Assembly (NCBI GenBank): GCA_965178125.1
Contig: OZ237744.1
Coordinates: forward strand, 992,001 to 1,056,000
DNA length: 64,000 bases
Source: Bilabrum cf. latius
Taxonomy: Eukaryota
Reading direction: 5' to 3'
Below, piece by piece: positions 13,398 through 25,702 of the stretch. Positions within the stretch are counted from its first letter, which is position 1; each line of letters starts with the position of its first letter. The notes beneath the pieces are model-generated. The model saw only the letters and a program-made list of their open reading frames with translations, had not been told where the DNA came from and searched no databases. The position numbers and the translations under genes were made by a program.

Positions 13398-13909
13398 TTA
13401 GCGCAGCAGCAACTCTCGGTAACTCACCCAGTGTGGTAGCCTGTCATGAGCCTGCGAAGCACGACCGATCTTGTGTGGATACATTCTACCTTTCGAGTCC
13501 TCATGCGCGCAAGCAGCCACGAAATCCTAGTAGAAGTAGAAAACTCACGTTCCTCTCGAAGGAGCGCAGACGGCTTCTCCGGCGTAGCTGTCAGTGAAGC
13601 GGATGCCTTCGGATGCTAGTTTGCAGATGTTGCTGGTAGGTATGCGGCCGTTCGGAGAATCAGCCGGCCAGCAGGATGGCTCGCCCACGCCCAAATCATC
13701 TGCCATGATCCAGATACTGCGAAAAGAATCGTTGCAGTGGTCAAGCATCGGGATGCGGGTCAGAGCGCGGTGCAGCTGCGTGACGCGCCACAGTTCAACT
13801 TCCCGTCTCACATGTTTGGGGCGCCGTTCGTTGTCTTCGGGCTAGCAGCAGCAGACATGGACGCCAAGGCGCAAGCGCATGCGGCAAGGTGCGCCAGCGA
13901 TGACCGCAT
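11928..13909 (-). CDS. Secreted/lysosomal formylglycine-type arylsulfatase; exons 13909-13812, 13716-13549, 13451-13428, 13299-11928
   Basis: Signal-peptide-like N-terminus, PNIIWIMADDLG, active-site CAPSRGTLMTG assembled across exons, GKWGLG, SDNG, GFKRSLYEGGVRSP, LYNL..D.GE..DVA; one TAG (12279); ends TGA. Confidence 0.92.
13363..13397. repeat. 35-nt poly-C (poly-G on the transcribed strand) in sulfatase intron 3
   Basis: Direct reading of the sequence. Confidence 0.9.
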
Positions 13910-14013
13910 TGGAGTGCTGTAATGTGCGATCCATGGATACAGCCGCAAGGCCAGCGCTGCAGTGCAGTGCAACTGCTGCAGCACAAGGCAACTTCAAAAG
14001 ATTCGCCATTGCG

Positions 14014-16671
14014 ATGCTTTCGCGGGTACGATTTCCCGGATTTTTGGCAGCATTGGGTTATTGTTATCTGTGGCCGCACGATAGGATTACATGCAGGGAG
14101 AATCATTCCCGTAGGGAGCGCAGGCTCACCCTCGATGAACAAGCAGCATGGATCACCTATCGCCGGCAATGCCGGACACAATACAGCAGGGAAGTGTGCG
14201 ATGTTGCTCCATCTGTTGTTACTATTGAGTGTCGAGGAGCAGGGAGGCACGGTGCGGCCACGGGCTGCGTCGTTGGAAGCGAAGGACTCGTGCTCACAAG
14301 CGCAAGCTGGGTGCAGGAATGTCTGCTTCGCACCAGAGGAAATGGGGAGAGTGACCGTGGGCGCACGAAGAAATTCTGGCTTCGATTCGGGGACGGCCAC
14401 CGCTATGCCACAGAACTAGCCGCGTTCGATCCTGGGGCGGGCCTCGCCCTGCTCCGCGTCGGTACCCGCGAGGACGCCTACCTGACGGACAGCAGCGGTG
14501 AGGGGCTCCGGAGAGATATGATGGGGGATGCAACGGTGAACAACTTAGAGTCATAGCAGGACGCATCGGATGAAGCGATCTAGGCGAGCGCAGAATCTCT
14601 CCGGGCAGCAGTGAGGGTGCTCCGTAGAGACAGGGAGAGGGAGAGGGCGAGGCGCAGCCGTGAAGGCGAGCAGCAGGTCGAGAGCAGCGAGGGGGCAGAC
14701 CGAGGAGGTTGCGAGACTGCGGGCGGCAAACAGCCTCGGGCAGGGCAGGGGCAGGAGAACGACGACATGGGACCAGTGACAGAGAGCGACGTGAAGGAGC
14801 TTGTCCGGATGGCCAGGGCGCACAGGGAGGCCCTAGAAGAGGCGCAGCGGATGCATCGTGACCCGCCAGATGTTCCGCGGGTGCTCGCGCCACTGCTGTT
14901 TCCCGACCAAGAAGCCACCGAACATGGCGATTCATCGAGCCCAGTCTCCGCACGGTCCTTGCTGAGGCGAATACGAGCAGCTTGGGACGGCATCCAGGCT
15001 GGCCTTGTGGTGCCAGCGAAGAAAGCCGCGGGGGAGCTGGCTGCTTCGGCTGACCGTGCTATCGTGCGTACCGTGAGGAAAGTCAGGGGGGCTGAATTCG
15101 ATGACTGGGACGATGACGTGGACAGGGGCGGCGCAATCGAGGCTGGGTCCGGCTCGAGCTCGCCTTCGCGTGTCGTGAATGGCAGGAAGGCCGGCTGGCT
15201 CGAACCGATCCCTCTTGTCCACGGCGACTCTCGCATCACCCAGCAGCTGTCCCGCGTAGGAAAGCCAGATGCCGAGCAGGGTCACAGAAGCGACGGCATG
15301 GCGGGCAGAGGCCGCCCACAGCCGATCGAGGACATGGCCCGTCTCTCTGTGCTGGAGCTGCAAGCGGCCCCGCTGTCGTATCGAGCCGACAACGACAGGG
15401 CGGTGGGCGGCAGCATCCGGGTGGAGCCCGCAGCCGTCGTGGGACCAGAGGTGCTGGCAGCAAGGGCGGCATTGCTTCCAGAGGCAAGGTGTGCTGTGCC
15501 TCCTGCTCGGCTGCAGGTGCAGAGGGGCATCGAAGATGACCCCCTGTCGCGGGCCGTGCAGGCACAGCTAGTCCAGGCTGGCGCAGCAGCCGCGACTAGA
15601 TCTCGGGCAGGGGCAGCATCGTCAGGGCCCGCCCCCGTTGCAGACAACGTCGAGCTGGAGGTGCGTCGGCTGGACCGCGACTGGGACCGGGCCTGTGCGC
15701 ACGTCGCTGACGTCACAGCCGCGGAGCTGCGGCCCGATGCCGTGTTTGGACCAGCCAGGGACGCCGGCACGCGGCCCGTGTACCCTCTCGTGAGCCAGCG
15801 ACCCTCGCTAGACGATGCCAATACAGGACGCAAGTCGAAGTTGATCGCCCAAGCAGACGCGGTCTTGATGCCCTCGGTCTTGACCGAGGAGACTGCGGCG
15901 TGCCTTGAGGCCTCCAACCTCGCCCACGGAACGGAGTCCCAGGCATTGACCCGCGAGCCAAGCGGGTCGCTGGAAGGCACGGCGCGCTCGTCTTCGCTTC
16001 GGGCCGGGGCGAGCGTGGACGCCATCCGGCGGCGGCACCGAGCCCATGGCCGTGCAACTGGTGCCATTACAGCCGACGACTGGCTGCAGCAGGACGACGC
16101 GGAGGACCCGCTGCTTGAGAAGCTGGTGGTGAGCTCGGCGGCGAGGACGGGCCGGCCGGGGGCGAGCCTGCTGTCCAGGGACGGCGAGCTGGTTGGGCTG
16201 GTGACAGCGGGTGCGGGGAGGGCCAGGGTGGCGGTCTCGCTGATGCCGGGGTCGAGGGGTCGTGCGGCGCTGGAGCGAATGCTTGTGCAAGTCCGTAAGT
16301 CTAGTGGAGTGGCAGGCGGGGAGTCGCTGGCTAGTCCCAGGCAGGATTAGGAAGGGGGGGGGCTCGGGGTGATTCAAGCCGGCTGGATGGGGCTGACACA
16401 TGGGGAGGGAGACAAAGAGAGGGAAACAGAGGCGGTTAGGATCCTCCAGCTGGAGAGGCGCGGGGCCGGGCATGGGGCGGGGCTCAGGGCAGGGGACGCC
16501 ATTCTGAGGGCGCAGGGCAGGCCGCTCCGCAGCGTGAGGGCGTTCCGGGCGGCCGAGGCCGCATTTTGCAGCAAAGGCAGCGGAAGCGGGATAATATCCC
16601 TTTCGGTTCGTCGAGCGGTAGGCGATGGTGACGAGGAGACGGTGCTGGTGCGGTGCAGCGGCCGCGTCTGA
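14014..16671 (+). CDS. HtrA/Deg-like trypsin-fold plus PDZ protein, catalytic triad apparently lost, with a large insertion (alternative start 13933)
   Basis: APSVVTI, ATGCVVGSEGLVLTSASWV, AFDPGAGLALLRV, GRPGASLLSRDGELVGLVT and PDZ-like GWMGL...AGLRAGDAILRAQGRPL in one frame through TAGs 14554, 14581, 16348; ends TGA. Confidence 0.72.
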
Positions 16672-16720
16672 ATGCGCAAGGTGCTTTGTTGCTGTACAGT
16701 CACGCACACGCTCCCTGTCA

Positions 16721-17268
16721 TTATCTTCTTCCTTCACGTTCGTCCGGATCGACCTACGGCTTCACTCTTAACGGGATTCTCGCGTTCACGGGCAGCTCCC
16801 CCTTCTGCTTGCTCTCGTCAACCTCGCGCACCTGATTCATCATTGCTTCCTACGTTGCCTAAAATCGGCTGTCTTTCGCCGCTGTCTCGTACAACAAATA
16901 ATTACTTAATGTCATCTCTGCTCTACCCATCAATTCCTTAATCTTGTCAGGGTCCGTCTCTATAGCGCCAGCCTTGAACTACTTCCTTGCCAAGTCCCTC
17001 ATGGCGAACGCTTTCGGGCTCTGCGAGCAATGCTACACCCAAGATGTCGGAGAACTATGCAAACAAACACCCGGTGTTAGCACCTCGATCACCTACTTTC
17101 ATCTCACCGTATCTCCGGCAACATGCCGCACCAGCCTCAAGACATCTCGATACAGCTGCAGTGGCAGTCCGAAATCATAGGCATATGTCGTGTAGCGAAC
17201 CGGTACAATATCACAGACATACTGTTAACAATAAATCTCACTTGAATCGGGTTGCGCCCGGTCGACAT
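16721..17268 (-). CDS. Mitochondrial LYR-motif (Complex1_LYR) protein; exons 17268-17242, 17155-17108, 17020-16721
   Basis: Spliced product MSTGRNPIQLYRDVLRLVRHVAGDTSPKAFAMRDLARK(TAG)FKAGAIETDPDKIKELMGRAEMTLSNY; canonical splice sites in phase; 4 TAGs; ends TAA; absent from the ORF track. Confidence 0.85.
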
Positions 17269-17411
17269 GCCAAAATATGCGACTGCAAACGCGAGCCTCC
17301 AACTCGCAGCTCGACTTCCGGGCTAGCGCTCCAGAACGGCAACTGCTGGCTGGGCTCACGATCCCGGCACTTCCAGGCACCCATGGCCGGCCTTGGTCCG
17401 CACATCGCCCC

Positions 17412-20400
17412 TCAAGAAGCCCGCTTGCCATAAACACGCTCATACATCTTCCGCAGGCCCCCTAGGCTCGCAGGATCGATGCCCGCTCCCTCTCCCTCTC
17501 CCTGGCCGTCCCCGGGCAGCGCCTGCAGCAGCGCCGACAGCCGGCTCGTGTCCTCGGACGAATCGGACTCGGAATCAAACACATCCGACCCACCCCCGAC
17601 CCCACATCCAGCCCCTACCCCTACCCCTACCCCTACCCCTACCCCGCTGTCCCGCGCGCTGGACTCCAGCCCCGACCACGCTGAGAGCTCGGCATCGACC
17701 GCTCGGTCCACTGCAGAGGGCAGGGGGCTCTCAGAGCAGTTGAGAGGAAGGGCGAGGGCACGGGTGCCCCGCGCCGTGCGCTAACGAGCCTCGACGGATT
17801 GGCCGTGGCTACTGGCCCTGGTAGGCTTGTGCCTGCCGGCACTCGTCACATGATTGCTGGAGGCTGGCCGTAGTGCCTTGACTGGACCAATTCCAGGGCC
17901 GGCGGGTCTCGCCTCCTCCTGCTGCTTCACGTCGCCATGGTCATCAGCTGCTTGCAGCTGCATTGGAACTGCCTGGCTGCCTCTGGAGGCAGGCACATCT
18001 CGGTGCATGTCCACTATGCTGCGCCGCTGGCCATGCGCGAGAAGAAGGTCTGCCTTGTGAGGCGACGATAGTGCCCGCCTCAGCTCCTTCGCATCCATCC
18101 GAGATTCTGGATCCGTCGAATCAGCTTCAACTGCCGCACTGCCGTTCTCTGCATTCACTCTAATGGTAGCTTTCGGTTGCGGTTGCGGGCAGTCGGCACT
18201 GGTGCCTGCATCTGGGCCGGCATCTTTCCTGTGAGGCTCCCGGCCCTTTCTGTGCGCTCTCGACGACTGCTCCTCCTCCTCAGCACGTGATGCTTCGCGT
18301 CCTGCACCTGCAGAGCCACGAGGCCTCCTTGGCTTCGAGATGCCTACGGGCAGGATCGGTCCCTGGTCGCCTGCAGACGCTCTTCCAGGACCTCTGACCT
18401 GCCCATGCTGCTGCTGATGCTGCTCCACGCTGTGCAGCTCGATCGGCGCCTGGATCGACTCGATGCCCTCGATGCTGCCTCGTCTGATGCCCCTGCCACG
18501 GGCTGGCTCGCGGTCCGAGCTCAATGGCCGTGGCTGAGGCACTGCGCGGGCGACTGGCTGTGCGCTCGTGGCAGCTTGATGCGAGGCGGAAGAGCCGCTT
18601 CCAGCAAGAATAGGCAGATTACAAGCATTCTCCACGCCGAAGGATCGGCTGTAGGATGCCTGTCTGCTACTAGCAACGGGTTCAGCTACACGGGGGGCAG
18701 ATTCACTCGCAGAATCCTGTCCCACTTTCAGTCTGGACGTTGACGTCGACGGTGGCGCATCAGCAGCCTGCTTGGTAGCAAAGGTAGGACTGTCTGACGG
18801 CACAGCTTTCGCAGGCTTCCTGATCTACTCAGTCATATTGTCGTCCTACAGCGGCTACTACAGAGCGGCTTGCTCGGCTCTAGGTAACTATTGGGCCTGG
18901 TTGAGTCGTTCCCACTGCCGGGCCACAGCTGCAGCAGCGAGCGCAGTTGCTTCCGCCGATTCAGCGGACAGATCTCCCAGTGCCTGTGCGGTAGCAGCAT
19001 CAACACCAGCTGCAGTGAATGTCTCCGCTGCATCACCATTCGGGCCTCCGCGATGGGACTTGCCTGCCAAAGCACGCACAAAGGACTGGGCCCTGGCCCT
19101 GCCCTCGGCCGCAGCTGGCCCAGGCGGCATGTCGACCCTGCTGGCCGACTGTGCGCCAACCGGCGAAGGTGCGCCCACCACTCTGTGCGATGCCTACGGT
19201 TGCTATACACCGTCAGTGGCACTGGCTCCAGCACCAGGCTCTCGCTTGCCAACATGGGCCTTTGGTGTCTGAATCCTAGCCACTTCCACCGCATCTCCGG
19301 TGGGAATGCGAGCGTGCGCCTGAACGCAAGCGGCCCCCTCGCTCGTTCCCACGCGGTGCTCCTCTGCAACTGAGGCCCCGTCCGTCTCTGCGATCGCCAT
19401 GCCGCGCACGGATGGGAGCCCCTCGGCGACCGCGTGGGCCCGACTTGCGGCCACTACGGGAGACTGAACCGCCGTCTGTGCTGCCCAGCCCAGGAGCTTC
19501 CTCAGCCGGTTGTTCTCTCCCTCGAGTGCGGCAGCGCGGCTGGCCTCCCGCTCTGCCCTGGCCTCAGCTGCTAGCCGCGCCTTCCGCTGGTTTGTCTACT
19601 TCTCCTCGGCGGAGTGAAGCTACTTGTACAGCTCTTGTCGTGCTTGCTCATGCTTCCGCTCTCGGGCTTCCGCTCTGGCCAGTCGACGGCGTAAGGCTGC
19701 AATTTCTGTCGACCTGTCTTCCAGCTGGCCTTTTGCAGCTGATAGCTCCTCTGCATCCGTTGCGTGCGTTGCCTTAAGGGCCCGGATCCTGACAGCGAGA
19801 CGTTCCCTTGCTTTCTTTTCGGCTCGCAGGGCCAGCTCTGCCTGCTCGTGGCTGCGCCTAGCCACCTCTATGCTCTTCCGCAGCTTCCGAGTGTGCTTCT
19901 GGTGGCGGCTCTGCTGAGAACGAGCCCGAGTTGCCATCTCGTACAAGGCGTCTTGTCGCATACCCTCCAAGGCGGCCGCGACTGGGACAGCGGTAGATTC
20001 ATCAAGGCTGGCGCGCGCTACGCCGGTGTTTGCAGTGGTGATACGGCGAAGGCGGCGCGCCCTCCCCACTGAGGAAGCCAAGGACGAGCGCACGGAGGAC
20101 GCACGCGAGGCGACACTCCTACTGCTACTGGCTGCAGACCTCGATCGAGCCAAGCGCCGGGGGCTCTATGACGTGCTGACGCGATTCCAAGCTGGTAGTT
20201 GGCGGGACAGCCTTGCGTGCCTGGGTCTAGACCCTGTGGATCGTCCTCTGGGACGGCCTTGTTTAGGCTTTGGCGCCGACCGTGGGTGCGTTCCTGCCGC
20301 AGGGACCCGCTCTTTGCTGCTGCTGCTGCTGCTGCTGTTGTTGTCCTTGGGAGGCGCTACCCCGTGACCCGGCGGGGCGGATGACGCTCTAATGCGAGCC

Positions 20401-21648
20401 CTCGCACCCTTGCGTGTGCCTAACTTGGCTCGACGCTATCTTGGTCTCGTTCTTGTTGACTTGCCGGCCCTCCGCACCGAGTGAGGCGCTGATCGTCTCG
20501 AGCTGTTGCTCCTGCTCCTCCTGCCATTGCAATTGCTCCTGCTAGAGGCTCCACCGGCCCGCCAGCCACGCCCAGCAGAGGCCGATGCAGCCCGCCTCCG
20601 CCTCCATGTCCCACCTGGCGCGACCGCGTCTGGAGTGGAAGCTGAGGCTGCACCCGCGGATCTAGATACAGCAGCTGCCCGCATGGCGCCCAGGTGTCGC
20701 AAGATCGCCCTATCTCGCCGCTGCTGCACCCTAGCAGCTAAAATTAATCTATGAGGAGGCACGCTTGCCTTTGATCTGGCAGGGACGCGGGGCGGCAGTG
20801 GCAAGCGACACCGCTTCGGGCCACGAGAGCCTGCTTGATCGTCAGGAGGCTTGATCGGTACGGAGGCGCTTGCGGCATGGGGCTCCTGTATGCCATTCGT
20901 ATGCTCAATGCAATTTTGCTACCCGAATCCTGCTGAAGTTGCATCTTCCGACTGGGCTGGTACATCGGTTGGAGGTGCAGGCTGGGGCTGAGGCTTGTCT
21001 TGGTCAGCGTGGAGACTATCGGTGCCTCGCCGCGGCTCGATGGATAACTTGTAGCGCTCCTATACCTCTACCTCAGCAGCCGACGCGTCATTCGACTATG
21101 CTAGCCCGTGTTTACTTGCGCACTCTGCGTCTGGTTGTGGCGGTCCGGTTGGTCTGGTTGCCAGACCGTCCGCTCCAACAGACGCGCCACTTCGGCAAGG
21201 CTGGCTCTCACCTGCAGCCTATGATGTAACTTCACGGATATATCCAAGGCTGGCTGAAGTGGATGGAGCGCTCGATGTGCCTTGTGTCGGCAAGGTAGCA
21301 GGGTGATTCGATTCGGTTCCGCCAGCAGGCGTTGCAGGTGCAGCCCGACCCTTCTGCTCATCAGGGTCCACAATATCAAGAGTTGATCGAAGGGCAGCCT
21401 CGGTTTCAGCGACGCGCTGCATTAGTCTGCGACGAAAAATGCATGTCTTTGAACATCTTGGATTCCAGAATCGAAACTGCTTCCTTCGGCATACACGCTC
21501 CTACTTACAATGAGTGCTGCTAGAACTGTACAGAAGATGATGTATCATATGGATACAGCAGGTCTTCCATGTCAGCTGAAAGACTGCTTCCAAATAACTC
21601 CGGCAAACGGCCACCAACGAACGTTCCGGTTCCGAGTCGATGGTCCAT
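17412..21648 (-). CDS. Large low-complexity protein with a central coiled coil (~1380 aa); intron 21508-21427; start 21648 or 21570
   Basis: Exon 21426-17412 (4 kb) has 16 in-frame TAGs and no in-frame TAA/TGA until the end; GTAAGT...CGCAG intron joins in phase. Confidence 0.7.
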
Positions 21649-21842
21649 TGTTCGACGAATCGACGACGATGGAGCTCGGGCCCCGGGGTTGGTCGGATCA
21701 ACTTCAAGTTGATCGGGTTCTTCGTTTGAAGATCCCCAAATTCTGGTAGTGTGGCTAAACCCTGGCGCGGCGTCAATCTCTATGGCACCATTTCGTTGTA
21801 AGCTGTACAATGCACACTGGAGACTGGCAAGGTGATTGTGCC

Positions 21843-23516
21843 TCAGTGCACGCCAGTCATGTGTGTCTTGAGATGGCCTGCCTACCCGAAGCGCTTGCCG
21901 CACACTGTGCACTCGTGATTGCGCTCCCCCAGATGCACGACAGTCATGTGTGTCTTGAGATCACCTGCCTACCCGAAGCGCTTGCCGCACACGGTGCACT
22001 CGTGCTTGCGCTCCCCCAGATGCACGACAGTCATGTGCTTCTTGAGATGGCCTGCCTCCCCGAAGCGCTTGCCGCACACTGTGCACTCGTGATTGCGCTC
22101 CCCCAGATGCACGACAGTCATGTGCTTCTTGAGACTGCCTGCCTCCCCGAAGCGCTTGCCGCACACTGTGCACTCGTGCTTGCGCTCCCCCAGATGCACG
22201 ACAGTCATGTGCTTCTTGAGATTGCCTGCCGCCCCGAAGCGCTTGCCGCACACTGTGCACTCGTGCTTGCGCTCCCCATGATGCACGACAGTCATGTGTG
22301 TCTTGAGACTGCCTGCCTACCCGAAGCGCTTGCCGCACACGGTGCACTCGTGCTTGCGCTCCCCCAGATGCACGACAGTCATGTGCTTCTTGAGATGGCC
22401 TGCCTACCCGAAGCGCTTGCCGCACACTGTGCACTCGTGCTTGCGCTCCCCATGATGCACCGTACTCATGTGCTTCTTGAGATCACCTGCCTACCCGAAG
22501 CGCTTGCCGCACACTGTGCACTCGTGCTTGCGCTCCCCCAGATGCACGACAGTCATGTGCTTCTTGAGATGGCCTGCCTACCCGAAGCGCTTGCCGCACA
22601 CTGTGCACTCGTGCTTGCGCTCCCCCAGATGCACCGTGCTCATGTGTGTCTTGAGATCACCTGCCTACCCGAAGCGCTTGCCGCACACGGTGCACTCGTG
22701 CTTGCGCTCCCCCAGATGCACGACAGTCATGTGCTTCTTGAGATGGCCTGCCTACCCGAAGCGCTTGCCGCACACTGTGCACTCGTGCTTGCGTTGCCCC
22801 AGATGCACCGTGCTCATGTGCTTCCTGAGATTGCCGGCCTCCCCGAAGCGCTTGCCGCACACGGTGCACTCGTGCTTGCGCTCCCCATGATGCACGACAG
22901 TCATGTGTGTCTTGAGATCACCTGCCTACCCGAAGCGCTTGCCGCACACTGTGCACTCGTGCTTGCGCTCCCCCAGATGCACCGACGACTCGTGCCGCCT
23001 CAAGCTCGTCTGGGAGCTCAGCGATTTGCCGCATGTCTCGCAAGTGTACACACGCACGCTTGAGAGTCCGTCTGTGCGTCGTCTCTTCTAGCCTCTGCCA
23101 GAATCAGAGGCCTACTAGTACTCAGTTAGCATTGTGGTACCACTACCCTAGCCTCTGCATCGCTTTCGTCTTAGCGAGTGAGCGATAGGATTCCTTGCTG
23201 CTCTTGCTACGATCGTAAAGCCTCTTCCAGATTGTGCAGCTGATACAGCGTATAGAGAGCTGCCGGACGCCTCAGCGGGAGCTCCAGCTGCCTAATTGCC
23301 GTTTTCTACCGTCACTACATCGCGACTTGGTGGATCGGGAAATGATTCCGTGCCCGAAGCTTGCTGACTTCCTGGCTAAGCACTAGCACGACTACCGCTG
23401 CCCTGCTTACGGCGCTATGACTATGCCTGTGCGTCGCTTTCACTGTCGCTACAGCTGGAATCGCTTACTAAGTCAATCAAGTCAGGCTATGAGCTCCGCA
23501 TGGCTACTTCGTCCAT
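21843..23516 (-). CDS. C2H2 zinc-finger protein A (14 fingers)
   Basis: ATG 23516, one divergent finger, then 13 near-identical 29-aa units ([29 protein letters not shown]); 18 in-frame TAGs and no TAA/TGA until TGA 21843. Confidence 0.88.
21846..22985 (-). repeat. 87-bp coding minisatellite, 13 units (zinc-finger array A)
   Basis: GAAGCGCTTGCCGCAC recurs every 87 nt from 21888 to 22932. Confidence 0.95.
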
Positions 23517-23780
23517 CCGAACTACTGTGTCTCGGCGTGAAACCTGATAATAAATCAATAGAAGCCGATTAAAGCTGGAAAGAGAGGTTTGTGCTATTTA
23601 CGAGCTCTTCGAGTCCCAAGAAAGCCCAGATACAAAACCGAAACTCCGCTGTGAAAATACGCCTGGACAAGAGTCAAGTAGATGTTTAGTGGTTTCCTGA
23701 AAGGAAAATCCGTGGTGTGGCGTCAGCAGTGTGAACCAGCTTACGCGTGGACGGCGCCGCTCCGGGTCATCGCAGCCCAG

Positions 23781-25532
23781 TTAGCCCCTCGATCCCTGCA
23801 GCCTGTCAAACGCCTCGTACGCCCTGAGTGTGCTCGGCAGCACGGACGGCCGCACCATGCGCACCGCGGACTCGAAGTCCCTCGCCGTGATCTTGCGCAG
23901 CGAGGAAGCGTTGATGCTGGCCACCGTGCGCCCCGCCGCCCTCGCAGCCGCCCTGGCGTCGTCCACCGGCCCCCTGGAGGCCTGCTGGCACACCTGCCTA
24001 ATGTCAGAGGCGGAGTACCCCTCCAGCGCGCCCACGATCCGGCCCACATCGGCCTTGCTGATTGCCATGGCCTCCCCCTGCATCATGTGCGCCACCAGTG
24101 CGCGGCGCGAGGCGGGGTCTGGCAGGGGCAGCAGCACGCGGCGGCTGAGCCTCCGCAGCATGGCATCGTCTAGCTCCTGGGGCCTGTTGGTGGCCGCGAT
24201 CACGAACACTCCGTCCCCGTCCCCGGACGACATGCCGTCCATCTGCACGAGCATCTCCGTCTTGAGTCTCCTGGATGCGTCGTTCTCGCCCGCGGATCGG
24301 CTGGACATGAGCGAGTCGATCTCGTCAATGAAGATCACACAGGGCGCCAGCTTGCGCGCGGCGGAGAACAGCGCCCGCACCTGCTTCTCGCTCTCACCTA
24401 CGTACTTGCCCGTGAGCGCAGAGGCGCTGATGCTCAGGAAGGCCGCGCCGCTCTCGGCCGCGAGTGCTTTGGCAAGGAGGGTCTTCCCTGTGCCGGGTGG
24501 TCCGAACAGAAGCACTCCCTTGGGGGGGGCACGGATCCCCCGGAAGAGGGAGGGGTTGAGAAGGGGCTCCACCACGGCCTCAGTGAGGATCCGTTTGGGG
24601 AAGTCCATCCCGGCCGCCATGGACCAGCCCTCCCCCGTCCCCGGGCGCACCCCCGGCTTGGGGTCAACCAGGGCCTGCTCCACCATGGCACGCTCCTCGG
24701 GAGACAGTGCGGCAACCAGCGCCGCGGCGGAGGCAGTGCCACGAGTGGCTGCCAGGGCGTGCCGGGGCTCGGCCTGAGCCTGTGGAGGACCAGCGAGAGC
24801 TGCTCCGCCCCGACCTGAAGCAGCCGCCGACAGCGCGGGAGCGGAAGCGCTACTGCCAGAACCCGGGCTGGTGCCCGCTACATGTGCTCCGGCAGCCGTT
24901 GCCGATGCCAGCGGGGACCCTCCTGCCCCCTGTCCAGATGAGACCGCGCCTACTGCTCCTGCCCCACTGGGGCCCATCATTGGCCACTTGCGCAACGAAG
25001 GCGCCGCGGAGCCATTCGTTACAGCATGATGACTTTGCGTTTTATTTGGAAGGTCATTCGGTGCGCTTGAGGTCCGTGTGGCGACGGGAACGCCAGTCCC
25101 TCCTCGTTGCTAAAGCGCCGTTGCCCCAGCCTAGAGAGCCATGACCGATGATGACCTCGAGGCTATCCCTACGCTTAGATTTGTTGTCTCCACGTCTGGC
25201 GTCCCTTTCAGTGGCCTTGGGCTCACATCTGCTGGGATGGCGCCTCGCCCTGCGCCTCCCAAGCGCGTACGAGCGCTGTGCAGTTTCTTCATCAGGCCTT
25301 CCGCAAACTCAACAGCAGTTGCCGGTGGAATCTTACCGCTCTTCTTGATTCTCTCCAGTTCCTGCAATACACGCTCCAAGCTCTGCTAGAACGAGCTTGC
25401 TGCCGCGGCATAGTCACCCGATGAAACATAGTGCTCTCCCTAGCGATCCAGACTGGCTGATTTTCGCAAGCAGTCTTCACTCAGTACTCCAATATCAGCT
25501 TCATCGCCCTCTGTTGAAGGGCCGGCTCCCAT
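23781..25532 (-). CDS. Spastin/fidgetin-like (meiotic clade) AAA ATPase
   Basis: PPKGVLLFGPPGTGKT (Walker A), IFIDEIDSL (Walker B), SRRLKTE, AATNRPQELDDA, GYSASDI. The frame extends through 4 TAGs to ATG 25532 (MGAGPS); ends TAA. Confidence 0.9.
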
Positions 25533-25702
25533 TAAGCATGTACTGCGCTCTGGATCCTTGCTGGGATTACCGGGCAATTCTATGCAGGTTCGTTGGTATC
25601 GGCGAAGGTTCCATGCTTTGGAGATTTCGGGCCGCCTGAACCGAATCCGACTGTGTGCAACACGTCGTTCCTAGTTTTCGTAGTCAGCTGTCTTTACTTA
25701 CC

